A program made the position numbers and the translations under genes. A stretch of 64,000 bases of DNA from Takakia lepidozioides (taxonomy: Eukaryota > Plantae > Bryophyta): positions 12,028,001 to 12,092,000 of the forward strand of contig CM060732.1 of the NCBI GenBank assembly GCA_030704615.1, given 5' to 3'. The notes below the pieces were generated by a model. It saw nothing but the letters and a program-made list of their open reading frames with translations, was not told the origin of the DNA and ran no database searches. Below, piece after piece: positions 36,918 to 49,000 of this stretch (the stretch's first letter is position 1; each line of letters starts with the position of its first letter).

Positions 36918-39900
36918 ATGCGTGTGGAGGGGGACATGGGGAAAGAAGCGGCAGGGAAGAGCAAGAATGAGGTATGTTACTGGGTGCGAGGAGAGAGACA
37001 GGGGCAGGGCATCGTGGCGGGCATCGGGTGGATGTTGAGCAAGCCGCGGTTCCTGTTACCATACGCACGCCTATATGGTGCCTCTGGATGGGATTCGCTG
37101 ATCTGCCACCCTCACGTTTTGAACTTGTGAGACTCTGTCTCTTTCATCTTGAATACCTATGTCAATCAAGTGACAGCAAGGGTCCAATAGGGCTTTATGT
37201 ATACGGCAAGGGTCCATCCTGAGGCCCTTCCTGAAATTGAAGTGTTGGGAACGAGGGCGGAACATAAAGAAGACGAGATAAACAGGAGGGAGAAATGCAC
37301 ACCTTCCATTTTTGTAAGGTAACAGGACAGCGCGTATCATGTTGGTCAATTATGATTTGCAGATCGTAAAGACCCGGCCAGGATTTGTTAGCTAGAGAGG
37401 ATGGCGCCTTACGCGTAGGGATTTTCCCGCCAGGTGAGGATGGAACCTTATTACGCCGCGTAAGGTTCCTCCTCTCCTCGAGAGCAAGGCACCTTACGTC
37501 ACGTGAGGTTCCTGCTCTTGTGAGCCGGAAGATTGAGATGATCCCGGCCATCGAGGATAAAAAATTCCTGGCTGTTTCTTAACGCAGGGTGAGGCCCTCG
37601 GACGGGGGCCTTCCTGAAACTCGCCGAGGGCCTCACCCTAGACATTGATATTGGATATTGTGCAGGCATGCCTCATGGCCTAGCCCGCAGAGCCTGTGAC
37701 AAGACTGAACACTAAAGCTATGCAAACTGTCCTGGTACCTTAATATAAGGGACCAATGTGGAATTCTGCTTATGAAATCTGCCACATAAGCGACCTGAAA
37801 GTACAAAGGAAAAAACAGGCCAGTTCTTCATGTTGGGTGCTACTAGTGGTCAGTATCTTTCCATTCGCCACCTCCTTGACAGACCCACTACTTTCTTCAG
37901 GGTTCTTCCGTTTTTCCATCTTTTTCTTGGTGCCTGTGACGGATCATCAGCCTACTGTAGAACTCCATTTCACTCTCATTTCTGGGATATGAAAATTAGT
38001 GAAAGGATATAAGAACTTGTTGTACAACACAGCCTGGTTGCATATTGCATTGCTATGTTTGCATGGCCTGTGAGAATTCCAATAGAATCCCTCCATAGCT
38101 TCTATTGAAGTTTCCAGACTTGGTGTTGGGGTTCCCCCAAGGTATTGTCGGATTGGTACATTTGGCTCCTTCAGTTGCAAACAGGTCTCTTTTAGTTTGT
38201 CAGTCACGCACAGAAGTTCATTTTTAATGATTACCTTTGACAATTCTGAGGTGTGTGGACTAAGATGATATGCCTAGTGGAGTAGATATGCCCAGTTCTG
38301 ATCTAATTGCACTGGTTAACAACTATGGTGTCAGTGATTGAGTAGCAATGTGCAAATTCCTTCTACATGGGTCTGGTCAACAGGGTTGAACACGGGCTGG
38401 ACTGTTGGGGTCCAGATGGTTTCCAAGCCGGGCTACAATTCTTGCACTACGAGTCCTGGATGAGCTTGCCAAGGTCTGGTGTCTACGCTGACCTTTTTGT
38501 TCCAAGATCTTCCATGTGCTCGGGCTACGAAATTTTGGACTGCTTGTGTGATTTACTCATTAAGGAACACCTCGGTGCTGTTAACATTCAAGATGCGCTT
38601 TTTTTGCAACTATGCAGAACACACATCACATGCTTACTACTGCTCTATAGCATACTGGACAGTGGCAGTGCCAGAGTCGGGCAAGGGAGGGCCCACTTAC
38701 AGTTAGACAACCCAATAGTTCGCGCATCATTAACTGAAACTCAATAGTGTAAATGAAAATGTAGGCCCAAGTTAAACTAAGTAATGGTCGCACTAACTGG
38801 ATAGTTACCTCCATTAGGTTTCCGACATGAACAGAATTTTACTGGCAATAAGAGCTACTTGGAGCCCCTAGCAGCCGGGGTAGATAGTTTTTACTGTAGT
38901 TTTGATTTTTGGGGACACCAAGGAAGTACTTGTGTATTGTTATCACCAAGTATATTGGCTGATATCCGTGCAGCATGTCCCTGAGTCTGCAGGAGGTGGA
39001 GGAAACACTGAGGCCAATTGTGTTTGCAACATTTTCAGGAGGAGCTAAGGCATGCCTCTACAAAATATTTGAGGTTGGGCATCCTTGATTGGTCTTTGAG
39101 GTAGTATAGTTGTGGTTTTCTGCAATGATCTCTTTGTTAATAATCCACAGTCAAGCCATGATAGTGATACCAACACAAATGGTCTCTGTCCCTCAGCTAG
39201 GCTACGACAAGAAAAATCAGTCATTACTTTTTCTCTCTCACCACAAGGCTACAAGAAGAATCAAGGAAGACCATGTCTCCCTTAATACTGTTTCTCTCTA
39301 TCTAAGAAAGATCCTCTTTCTTGCTTTCTCTTTCACAACCACATACATGAGAAGTAAATTCTCCCAGCCAAAAGTTGACATCTCTTGCCTGTGCCTAAAC
39401 TGGCCCCCTTGCTGCGGGTACTCAAAACATATATGAGGAAAATGGAAAGTTGATCTGGAAGTAGTGAGCAACTCTTGTTTGAAACAGTGTCATCTCCTTT
39501 ATTGATCTTGTTGCATAGTCATTTCAACTCGAGACAAACTGTGCAGATTTTGCAAGGGAGGTGCAAAGGAGTAGAGATACCTCCGGTATGCTTCACAATC
39601 CTTGTTGAACATCGGCTGTCAGGGAATTTTAGGCTTTGATTACGTGTGCCTTTAGAAGATTGAACTCCTTGTGTGTGACTCGGTTTGTGGAAGACGGTTT
39701 TACTCGATTGTGCAGTAAGGGGTGCTGTCATAGGGGTTTGCATGGGTGTACTCTGTGATTAGTCCCTTTGAATGTTGGCGAGAATGTACCCAAGGGCAAA
39801 GTCCTTTGGATTACTGTTCTTCCAGAGCCTCAAAAAACCTAGCCTGATATTGTCATGGCAAGTTGAAGGGTCCACTGGGTCACATATGTGGGTGTCATTG

Positions 39901-41022
39901 CACTGCGAGTCCCATTGTAGTGAGAAAAGGGCAGGAGTTAAGAGAGAGTGAGAGAGAGAGAGAAGAAAGAAGTAAGTTTATTACATCCATGGGGTGTCCA
40001 AAGTGAGAAAGAGAGGAGATATGATCAAAGAACTGAGGAAGTCAAACTGCACTGTGTTTTTCTGTTTTATTAGTACAGAATATGGTTGGCACTGTGGCTG
40101 CTGAACTTCTCTTGTTAAACCATTCTTGCAGGAAAAGTATTCAAGGGTGAGGACATGCATGGCAGGGCAAATTCATGACTCAAGCCCTGTAGACTTTGTG
40201 AGTGAACTTGGTGTACAGTTTGTGAGCAGCCCTGTTTTTCGCAAGTCAAGGAAACCAAGCATTGTACTCTCATCGGCCGCCAAAGCTGGGGCAATGGTTC
40301 TGGATGCTTTATTTTTGCCTGAGTTTGAAGTGCAGCGAGCTGACTACTGGCTCACTTTGCAGCAATCTGCGGTAACTATTACCTCCCCCTAGACTCCCCT
40401 CAATATTACATGAGAAGGGGTTTTGTTTATTCTTCATTGTTGAACCCCTAAGGCCAAACTAGGCTTCAATGCATATCAGGACACTTGGGTATGTTGAGTT
40501 TGATCATTAGTCAAACAGCTGAATTGAGCGATGAAGTTCAGATGGTAATTGATGATACCTGCATTCCCAATCTTGGCTTGGTCCTATATCTCCCAATGAG
40601 GACAAACTTTCCCTATATTTGCGGGTTTCAGTTGGGGAACAGAGGACGGCCCAGAAAGAGAAAGAAACTTTTGATTTCCACAGCAGCAGGCTGCAAAGGC
40701 CCCATGGGACACAGAAAAAATTAGGATGGCCATAGGAGGCCCGAGGGCCCATGGGACACTGGGACTAAGATAACTGGAGAGTACTGAGTTTATAGTTTGC
40801 CTCTGATCACGCCAACCAAGCAATGATGACACTTTCTTTAAAAAGGCATGACAAGAAAGATGTGGGATGGGCGATATTGGCAGCACATGGGGCCTATCCT
40901 TGTTCTGTGCTCGAAGAACGATGAATTGGCTCCCATTCACACCATACACAAGTTTGTTGATGTTGTACACGAGATGGGTGGTCAAGTCACTTTGGTTGTC
41001 TGGGACACGTCTGATCATGTCG
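36918..41022 (+). CDS. DUF829/TMEM53-family alpha/beta-hydrolase-like protein, multi-exon; 3' end beyond 41022 unresolved
   Basis: Exons 36918-37126 (GIVAGIGWMLS...YGASGWDSLICH), 38416-38473 (WFPSRATILA), 38993-39073 (PIVFATFSGGAKACLYK), 40132-40373 (GQIHDSSPVDF...QRADYWLTL) and 40884-41022 (GPILVLCSKNDELAP...WDTSDHV). Confidence 0.8.
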
Positions 41023-42699
41023 GTGAGTTTTCTTCTCAGTTTTGAGTGGGTATTTCTGGCTGGCTGGTTGCTAAGGGCCCTACCTTTTTTGGGCTTCCCG
41101 TTGACATTATAAATTTTCTCTCTTTGTTTCTTTTGGACGTTATAATGTACCATTACTTTTCTTTTCTTTATATTTCCCTTCTCAATGTGTCATCTCTGTT
41201 TCATCTGCTTTAGGCACCATGCAGGAATTCCTTTTCTCCTACTCTGTATCATGAGGTAAGAGGGTGACACTATTCTCTCTTCAGAGTTTGCTCATCCCTT
41301 GGCAGAAATATTTAGTCTTGAAGAGCAGGATTGCTTGGCAGCTTACCTTATGAGACACTTCATTGTCAATTTGGTATGGGTTTTTGTCCCACTGGCTTCT
41401 GGTGGACTTTATGAATTTCTTTCTTCTCTGCTGCAGGTTTTTTCATTCCCTGAAAGCCTCACCTTACAAAAACTGTCTGAGCAGGCCATTTACGGAAGTT
41501 CCCAGACGAGTACCGTGATGCAGTGTCAAAGTTTCTAGTCGTCGCAACAGACTTCTACACACATAGGCAAGGTTCCAGCCCTCCTCTTCCAGACGCTGGC
41601 ACCATAGCTGCATCAGAAACATCCTCTCTGGGATGGTCACATGGCATAGATGTATTTGTGAGGAACTCCCTCGACCCCCAGCTTACTTTGCCAAGTCCAT
41701 CAAAAGAGGACACTGAGACTGCCAATAATGTTTCCCACGGAGGTGAGGCGGTGCAGCAACGGGGGTCTCACAGTGGGCTACCTTGTAACAAGAGGTGTGC
41801 AGAATCTCAACAGGCAAGGCAACAGCAAGTCAAGGCTGCTGCTCCAAATTTTGGTTCTTCGTATCGTGTGTCTGATCTGTCCAGGAGGCTTTCAAAACTA
41901 TAATTCAGGCACACAGGCGACATCCCTCCCTTCCTGTCTCTCCTTTGTCTTTTCTGCTGGTTTGACAGCAAATGGGGACATACCACAGATCAAGGCCAAA
42001 TGAAAGATACTACCTTGATCAGGGATGACCCAAAATCTTTCAGGAGCCAGAAGAAACCTTCGATGGTAGAAAGTACAGAGGAGAATGGCTACTCAAACCC
42101 TCTTTGAAGCAATTCCTCGTCGAAATGAGGTGTCTGCAATGCAGATGCACCTACACCCTGGCCCCCAGTCCCAGCAAACAGAACAGCACATTTCAAGCGC
42201 CTCAGGTTCGAAGGCTTCTTACACCAATAGTGAAGGAACATTTCCGACCATGGCTCTATACCAGTGTTCTGCAGGTTGTGCCTTTTTAAGGAACACGCCG
42301 GTGCGGGTTTTCTTGTGGAGCCAAGTCCGGGTCCGGTCCGGATCCGGGTTTTTGAAATTTGGAAAATCCAGGTCCGGGTCTGGTTTTCTAAACACGGACT
42401 AGGGTCGGGTTCATGGGTTCGGGTTCATGGGTTCGGATCCGGGTCCTAGTTAATTGATTAAATAAATTAGAAAAATAAGATTAATTGGAGAGAGAAACTT
42501 TTTTGGCTGGAAAAAAATTAAATCCTAATGGTGAATTTTATTCTAAGATGTATTCCTTCAAAATGTACCATGAATTTGTATGGCTCATTTATATGAGACA
42601 AGAATTGAAATAGAATCTGAGTTCCAGTCTTCCATATCAATTCTTAAACATGTTAAGAAAGGAAATATGCCTCAAGGCTCATACTACATCACTAATAAC

Positions 42700-45600
42700 T
42701 TAATAATTATGTATGGTGTCACTTGAATTCAAAGGGCTATGGCCTTCCAGTCAGAAGATGGACAGTTTTGTGACACCAATCCATGGATTGAACCCACAGC
42801 CACTTTTGAGGTGGTACATGCCATTACAACTTGGTTGTCGGCTGCAAGCAACTTTGACGTTGTTGAACGCATGCACTACCCACAAGTGCACCAATGCATT
42901 TGTGGATGGGTTTCTGGGATTGTTGCGTAAGAGTTTTTTGCCTAAAGAGAATTCATTGCCGAAAACTCACTATGAAGCAAAAACCATGATTGCCAAGATG
43001 GGATTGCAGTACCCATGATTCATGCCTGTGAGCGTGGTTGTGTACTCTTCCGTGGTATGAGAATGTAGACATTTGCCCAATGTGCCGCAGTTCCCGTTAC
43101 ATTCCAGGTCGTGGAAGTGTGCCCAAGAAAGTATTGCGACACTTCCCTATCATTCCAAGGTTGAAACGTATGTACCGATGTAAATCGATCGCTAACCTCA
43201 TGACATGGCACGACAGACATAAGAGCCAAGATGGGTTGGTTCGACATCCAGCTGATAGCAAAGCATGGAGACACATTGACACCACATTTGAGGATTTTGC
43301 CGCAGAGCCACGATCTTTGCGATTTGGATTGGCCTTAGACAGTGTAAATCCCTACGGAGCTCAATCCACAAGTTGGAGCACATGGCCCGTTCTCTTGGTC
43401 AATTACAATCTGTCTCCGTGGTTAATGACCAAAAAGTTCTTTGTCATGTTAACGAAACTGATTCCTGGTAAGGAGTGTTACCTCGGACAACGTAGATGTT
43501 TACCTGATGCCCCTAGTGGAAGAGCTACTGGAACTATGGAGAGGGATTGCAGCTCATGATGTTTCCCGTCCTCATGGTCAACGCGAATTCACACTGAGGG
43601 CAGTGTTGATGTGGTCAATCCATGACTACCCTGCATATGGCTTGCTCTGAGGTCAAGTGACGAAAGGTTATGCTGGTTGTCCAGCTTGTGGACCCGGGGT
43701 GACTTCACATCAGTTACACAAATGTGGAAAAATTGTTTTCCTAGGCCACCGAAGTTTTTTGGCCCGCAATCATCCATATAGAAGGTCAAGAATGTTCAAT
43801 GGCGCTACTGAGCATGAAACTCCTCCAAAAACGCAGACTGGAACACAAATCAAGGAGCTTGCAACAGCTCGCACTGCATGGGTGGAAAACGGAGGGACGC
43901 CAGATAGCAGGACAGACCCAGCAAAAACTCACGAAGTTAAGCGATTGTCAATTTTATATGTCTTACCTTATTGGGAGGTAATTCCTTTATGGCCTTTAAA
44001 TTGGCTGTGTACATTTTTGCGTTTTCTGTTTAAATTGTGATGAGTAAATGCTCAATTGCTTATGTGTTCATTTTGTAGGGTCTCCTCATCCGCCACACGT
44101 TTGACGCAATGCATTGCGAGAAGAACTTGGCTGAAAATATTATTAAAACTATCTTTGGTGATAAAGACACATTGAAAGTTCGCCGTGATTTGGAGCTACT
44201 TGGGATGCGCCCGGAATTGTGGCTATAACGTGATCCTGACAGAGCAGATACGTTAATTATGCCTCCTGCCCCTTATGTCCTCACTGAGGCTGAGTTACAA
44301 GTCTTTCTGGAGATTGTGCAGAACTTGAAAGTACCAACAGGCTACGCATCAGCTTTCAAAAAGCATGTGGTGAAGAAGACATTGTCTGGCATGAAATCAC
44401 ATGACTATCATGTGCTCATGCAGCAAATTATACCGCTTGCTATCCGTGGGCTCATGCCAAGTGGTCCTCGAAGGGTCATTTTGCGAGTATGTCGTGTATT
44501 TAAGAAGTTGTGTGCAAAAGTGGTGAATCCTGTAGAGTATGAGGAATTGAGAACTGAAGCAGTTCTCACTCTATGTCTTATAGAGAAGGAGTTCCCACCA
44601 TCATTTTTTGATGTGATGACACATCTGGTTGTTCACCTAGTGGATGAGTTGTACTTATGCGGGCCCGTAGCATCTCGTTGGATGTACCTCATGGAGCGGG
44701 CAATGAAAGATATAAAGGGCTACGTAAGAAACATGGCAAGGCCCGAGGGGAGCATGGCAGAAGGATACCAATTTGAAGAAGCATTGGGTTCTTGCACAGA
44801 GTATATGGCAGGATTTGATGGAAGTGTACGAAGGGTGTGGGATGCAGATGAGGCAGAATTTGTGGAACGTGAAGTTGTGGAAGGAAGTTCTAAAGCCCGA
44901 AAATTGAATGACCTGCATGATATTGTACATGAGTACATCATTCAGAACCATCTTTGTCTGTCAGTCATGTTGGGGTAAGAAATCTACTTCATTGACATTC
45001 AGATTTCCAAGTTTTAGTCATTTATCATTAGGCGTCTTTTCATATCTCCCACGCCACCTCTATCAATCTCCTGGCTGACCCTCGGATTGTGACAGGATAT
45101 ATGAAGTAGAGTCCACACAGATAGAAGCCAGACGACGCTTGTTTCGTGAGGAGCAAGGGCTGGAAGGCATGAGCAATCCCACGGCAATTCAGTATCCTCC
45201 TGATTTGCATCCATGTCCTCCATTTGCTGTTTGGCTCCCTCAAGGTGTACGGGATCATCTCTCAATTCAATCAGATGGGCTTGATCCTACAACACGTGAG
45301 GAATTACTGGATCTTTCAAGGCCTCCATCATTTACTGCCCTGTCATTCAAGAATATGACAGCATATGGTAACCATTACAGGGTTACATCCCCCGGCATGA
45401 ACACAACAAGTATGGTGTCTTTTGATTGTGGAGTCTCATCTGTTTTCCAACACCAGCCCATTACCAACAATTCAGGCAATGACATGGAGGAACCTACAAG
45501 ATATGTGGGTCTTATAAGGGAGATTTTGCAAATTGACTATGGCCAAACACAGCCTATAGTGTTTTTGTGTTCGTGGGTACGGGCGCGTCGCGTGGGTCGT

Positions 45601-46042
45601 CAACCTATGTCAATGAAGCAAGATGATGCTAGCTTCACACTGGTCAATTTTAACCGTATGCTTCCACCAACCTTTTGTGTTTCCTGGCCAGATTGATCAA
45701 GTGTTTTTTTCTAATTGTGTGAAGGAGCCGGGGTGGAAAGTCGTCCTAGAGAAGAGCCCCCGAGCACATAGAGTGGTCTGCGACATATCAATTGATAATG
45801 ATGATGTGGCGGAAGTGGAAGGATTGTTAGCCCCACAAAGACTAGAGGAGACTCTGGTTACTGATGGCCCAACATGCAGCTGAGCGGTACCAGTTACTCC
45901 AGAGCAGGTGGCCTCCTTGTACCTCCGAGCACCCCGTATACGTGGTGATGATGTTCAGCCAACCCTTGGACAAGATGAAGTCTGTGATGAAGACAATGAT
46001 ACATGTAGTGACCCAGACATAGATGGGGATGATGAAGATTAG
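42700..46042 (+). pseudogene. CACTA/EnSpm TNP2-like transposase pseudogene (Transposase_21, DUF4218, DUF4216 regions)
   Basis: RHPADSKAWRHID, STWPVLLVNYNL, HDYPAYG, FDAMHCEKN, GMKSHDYHVLMQ, FFDVMTHLVVHL...RWMY.MER and QPFVFPGQIDQVFF, with several stops and frameshifts. Confidence 0.92.
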
Positions 46043-49000
46043 ATATGCTAGATTTGTGCACTCCAGTTATAGACCATGCATGATAGTTTAAGGTGGTAAC
46101 ACTCCCTTCGCATTCCCATTAAGATATCATGCTTGGACAGTGGATTTTATGATCAATTATGGAGTGCTTTCCTTTCAGCACCCTTTATTCATTTGTTGTT
46201 GCAATTGGCTTTGGACCAACCCGTGCTGGTACCATTGCCATGGGTTCTGCCTGCAATGTTTTCTTGCCATGGATTCGGCACACGCCACGAAAGGCCATCC
46301 AGACCATCCTCTGGAAATGCTCCAATGTTGTTTCAAACATCTCCACATTGCAATGGATACAACACTGACATTAGATGAGTGAAAGTGAGACTAGACCTCC
46401 AGCCAGCCGGCTTTCCCACATCAAATTGAAGGGGATCTGTAGATTATAGATAACGGCTGTTGCCTTCTGAATGTCTTTTCCAATCACCTCTGCAATGAAC
46501 TGGGGTATAAGATCCTTCAAATCACAAGTTTGAGCATCACGCACAAGCCACTTACGGGGATTGAGTTTCCAATGCGAACCATTGGTCTTTTATTGATAGC
46601 ATTGTTGTAAAATACATGGATCAACATGGTCAATTTCGGGAATGACATATAGTATGCTTTCATGTACTATGTAAGCATGCAACTATGTACCAGTGACGTG
46701 GCTTGTTCGCCACTTAACCTGTTTGCCCATTCAGCCAGCTCCACATTGTCTTGGATTTTGCATGCTGGATTGTGAGGCCATCCACACCGTCCTCTGGAAA
46801 TGCTATCATGGGGTTTCAGCTATGTCCACATTTCCCTGGATTATGCCTGCACGAAGCAAGGCCAACTGCATTCAGCACCCTCCACTTTATTATAGTATTG
46901 CAGCAACATTCAAAGCACTTCAATTTGTATCCATCGAAACATCTAGGCTGGAGAAAGACATTGTTGCAGCAGAACTTAGGAAAGTACTTCTCCCCTTCCA
47001 CTACACACGTGAAATGAAAGAAGCCAACCAACAGCATACCAGCCAAGAAAATATGAAACCAGCCAAGAAAAGAGCCAATATATGCAGTGAAGGTCGACAC
47101 TCAATGAAACTTATCCAACACTTACATTAGAGGAGGGAAGCTAAGTCTTACCTCCATAAGCTTGCCCACATCAAATTTGGGAGCTTTCAGAATTTCTCCT
47201 TTCCGGTTGAATGAACTTGGCTACAAGATCCTTCAAATCGCAAGTTTGAGCTTCACACACAATGAACTTGCAGGGATTGAGCTTCCAATGCGAACCATGA
47301 GTCTTATATTGATAGCATTGTTGTAAAACACATGGACCAACAATGACAGTCTCTGGAATGACATATAGTACAGTTTCTTGTAGTATGTCGCACACAACTA
47401 TGTACCAGTGACGTGGCTTCTTTGCCACTTGCACTACAAGAGATGAGCGTTTTTAGGACTACGGCTTTGGCGGAGTCGTAAAAACTGCACTAGGTACATG
47501 ACTACAGAGCGCTGAAATGCATTACAGTTTTAGTTTTATGACTTTGTAGTAGGATATCACTACATGACTCCGGAAAGTTAGGGAGCATTGGTCAAACATT
47601 GTTGACCATGATGACAGGGATGGTTTATATGACTAGTGTGATATGTTTGCCTACACGTGGACGACGTTTCATGGAATCTTCTTACTCCATGACTGAGATG
47701 GTTTCAGAGCTCTATTTATACGACTACATCACTACACGTGTCATTTTGAAGGCACATATAATGCAAATAAGGTTGTCCATTAGGTTTAAAAAAGTTAAAA
47801 TTTTTGCTAATAAGGTTGCCCATTAGTGTAATCGTGAACAGAAAGGAGGGCTGGGACTTGGCGTCTTTTTGTCTCCTGCGCCATACCACATAGCTGAGGG
47901 ATGGAACACGATGATAGCAGGATATGCAGGGGCGTGGGATGGAGGCGTTGAGCAAATGATGCACGAAGGAGAAGAGGAGGAAGAGACGAGACGAGGACAA
48001 GCGAGCTCGCCGTTCTTGGGAGAGTCAGCTTGGTCTTAGCAAGCGTGTTTCAATCTCTGACTACTCATCTATGCCGTAGTGGTTCGATCTGACAGACCAA
48101 TCCGACATTACCTGACTACAGACACAAGCAGCACACACAAGAGGTCATCGGTCAAATCCTCCATGGGTCAGGACAGGTCAAGGACAATGTGGTAGGGCAC
48201 CTTCTTCTTCAACCTATTTCAGCCTGTGTTGCCCTCTCATCAGACTCGGCCGCAAGATGCATATTGAATTCTGTAAGTTAGGTCGTTGGGTACATCTGTG
48301 GTGGTTTGGAGTGACTTTGGCAAGTTACTGCCAGTGTGGCAGCAGGGAAGTATCCAAAAACATATAATAGAGGTGAGGAGAAGTTTTGGGGTGAACACTT
48401 TCCGACCCCAATGGTGGGACAATGGAGACAAAAAGGCGAATGCATGTTGGACTACAGAGAGAAGCAGATGCATTTCAGATTGTGATAAGTAGGGTTGGGG
48501 TGTTTTGGGGAAGAACTCCACACCAGTATGGTTGGGGTGTTTGCTGGTAGACTTGTAGGCTGTCAGAGGCATGAATAGCTGAAGGAGCAGGGATAGAGTG
48601 TGGGTCCAGATTCATCCAAGAGGGCTGGATTTCAAGCTCCACATTACCTATGATTCCCTGTGGAAGGATAGGTACAAGAAACCTACATGGGTAGATGGTC
48701 AACTGAAAGCGGCATGTTGTACTATATGTCATTACTGTACTATATGTCATTCCAGAGACTGTCATTGTTGGTCCATGTGTTTTACAACAATGCTATCAAT
48801 ATAAGACTCATGGTTCGCATTGGAAGCTCAATCCCTGCAAGTTCATTGTGTGTGAAGCTCAAACTTGCGATTTGAAGGATCTTGTAGCCAAGTTCATTCA
48901 ACCGGAAAGGAGAAATTCTGAAAGCTCCCAAATTTGATGTGGGCAAGCTTATGGAGGTAAGACTTAGCTTCCCTCCTCTAATGTAAGTGTTGGATAAGTT

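Noticed and set aside
42300-42450. CGGGT/CCGG-rich stretch as a defined hAT MITE
   Set aside because: It resembles hAT subterminal repeats, but I could not find paired TIRs or an 8-bp TSD.
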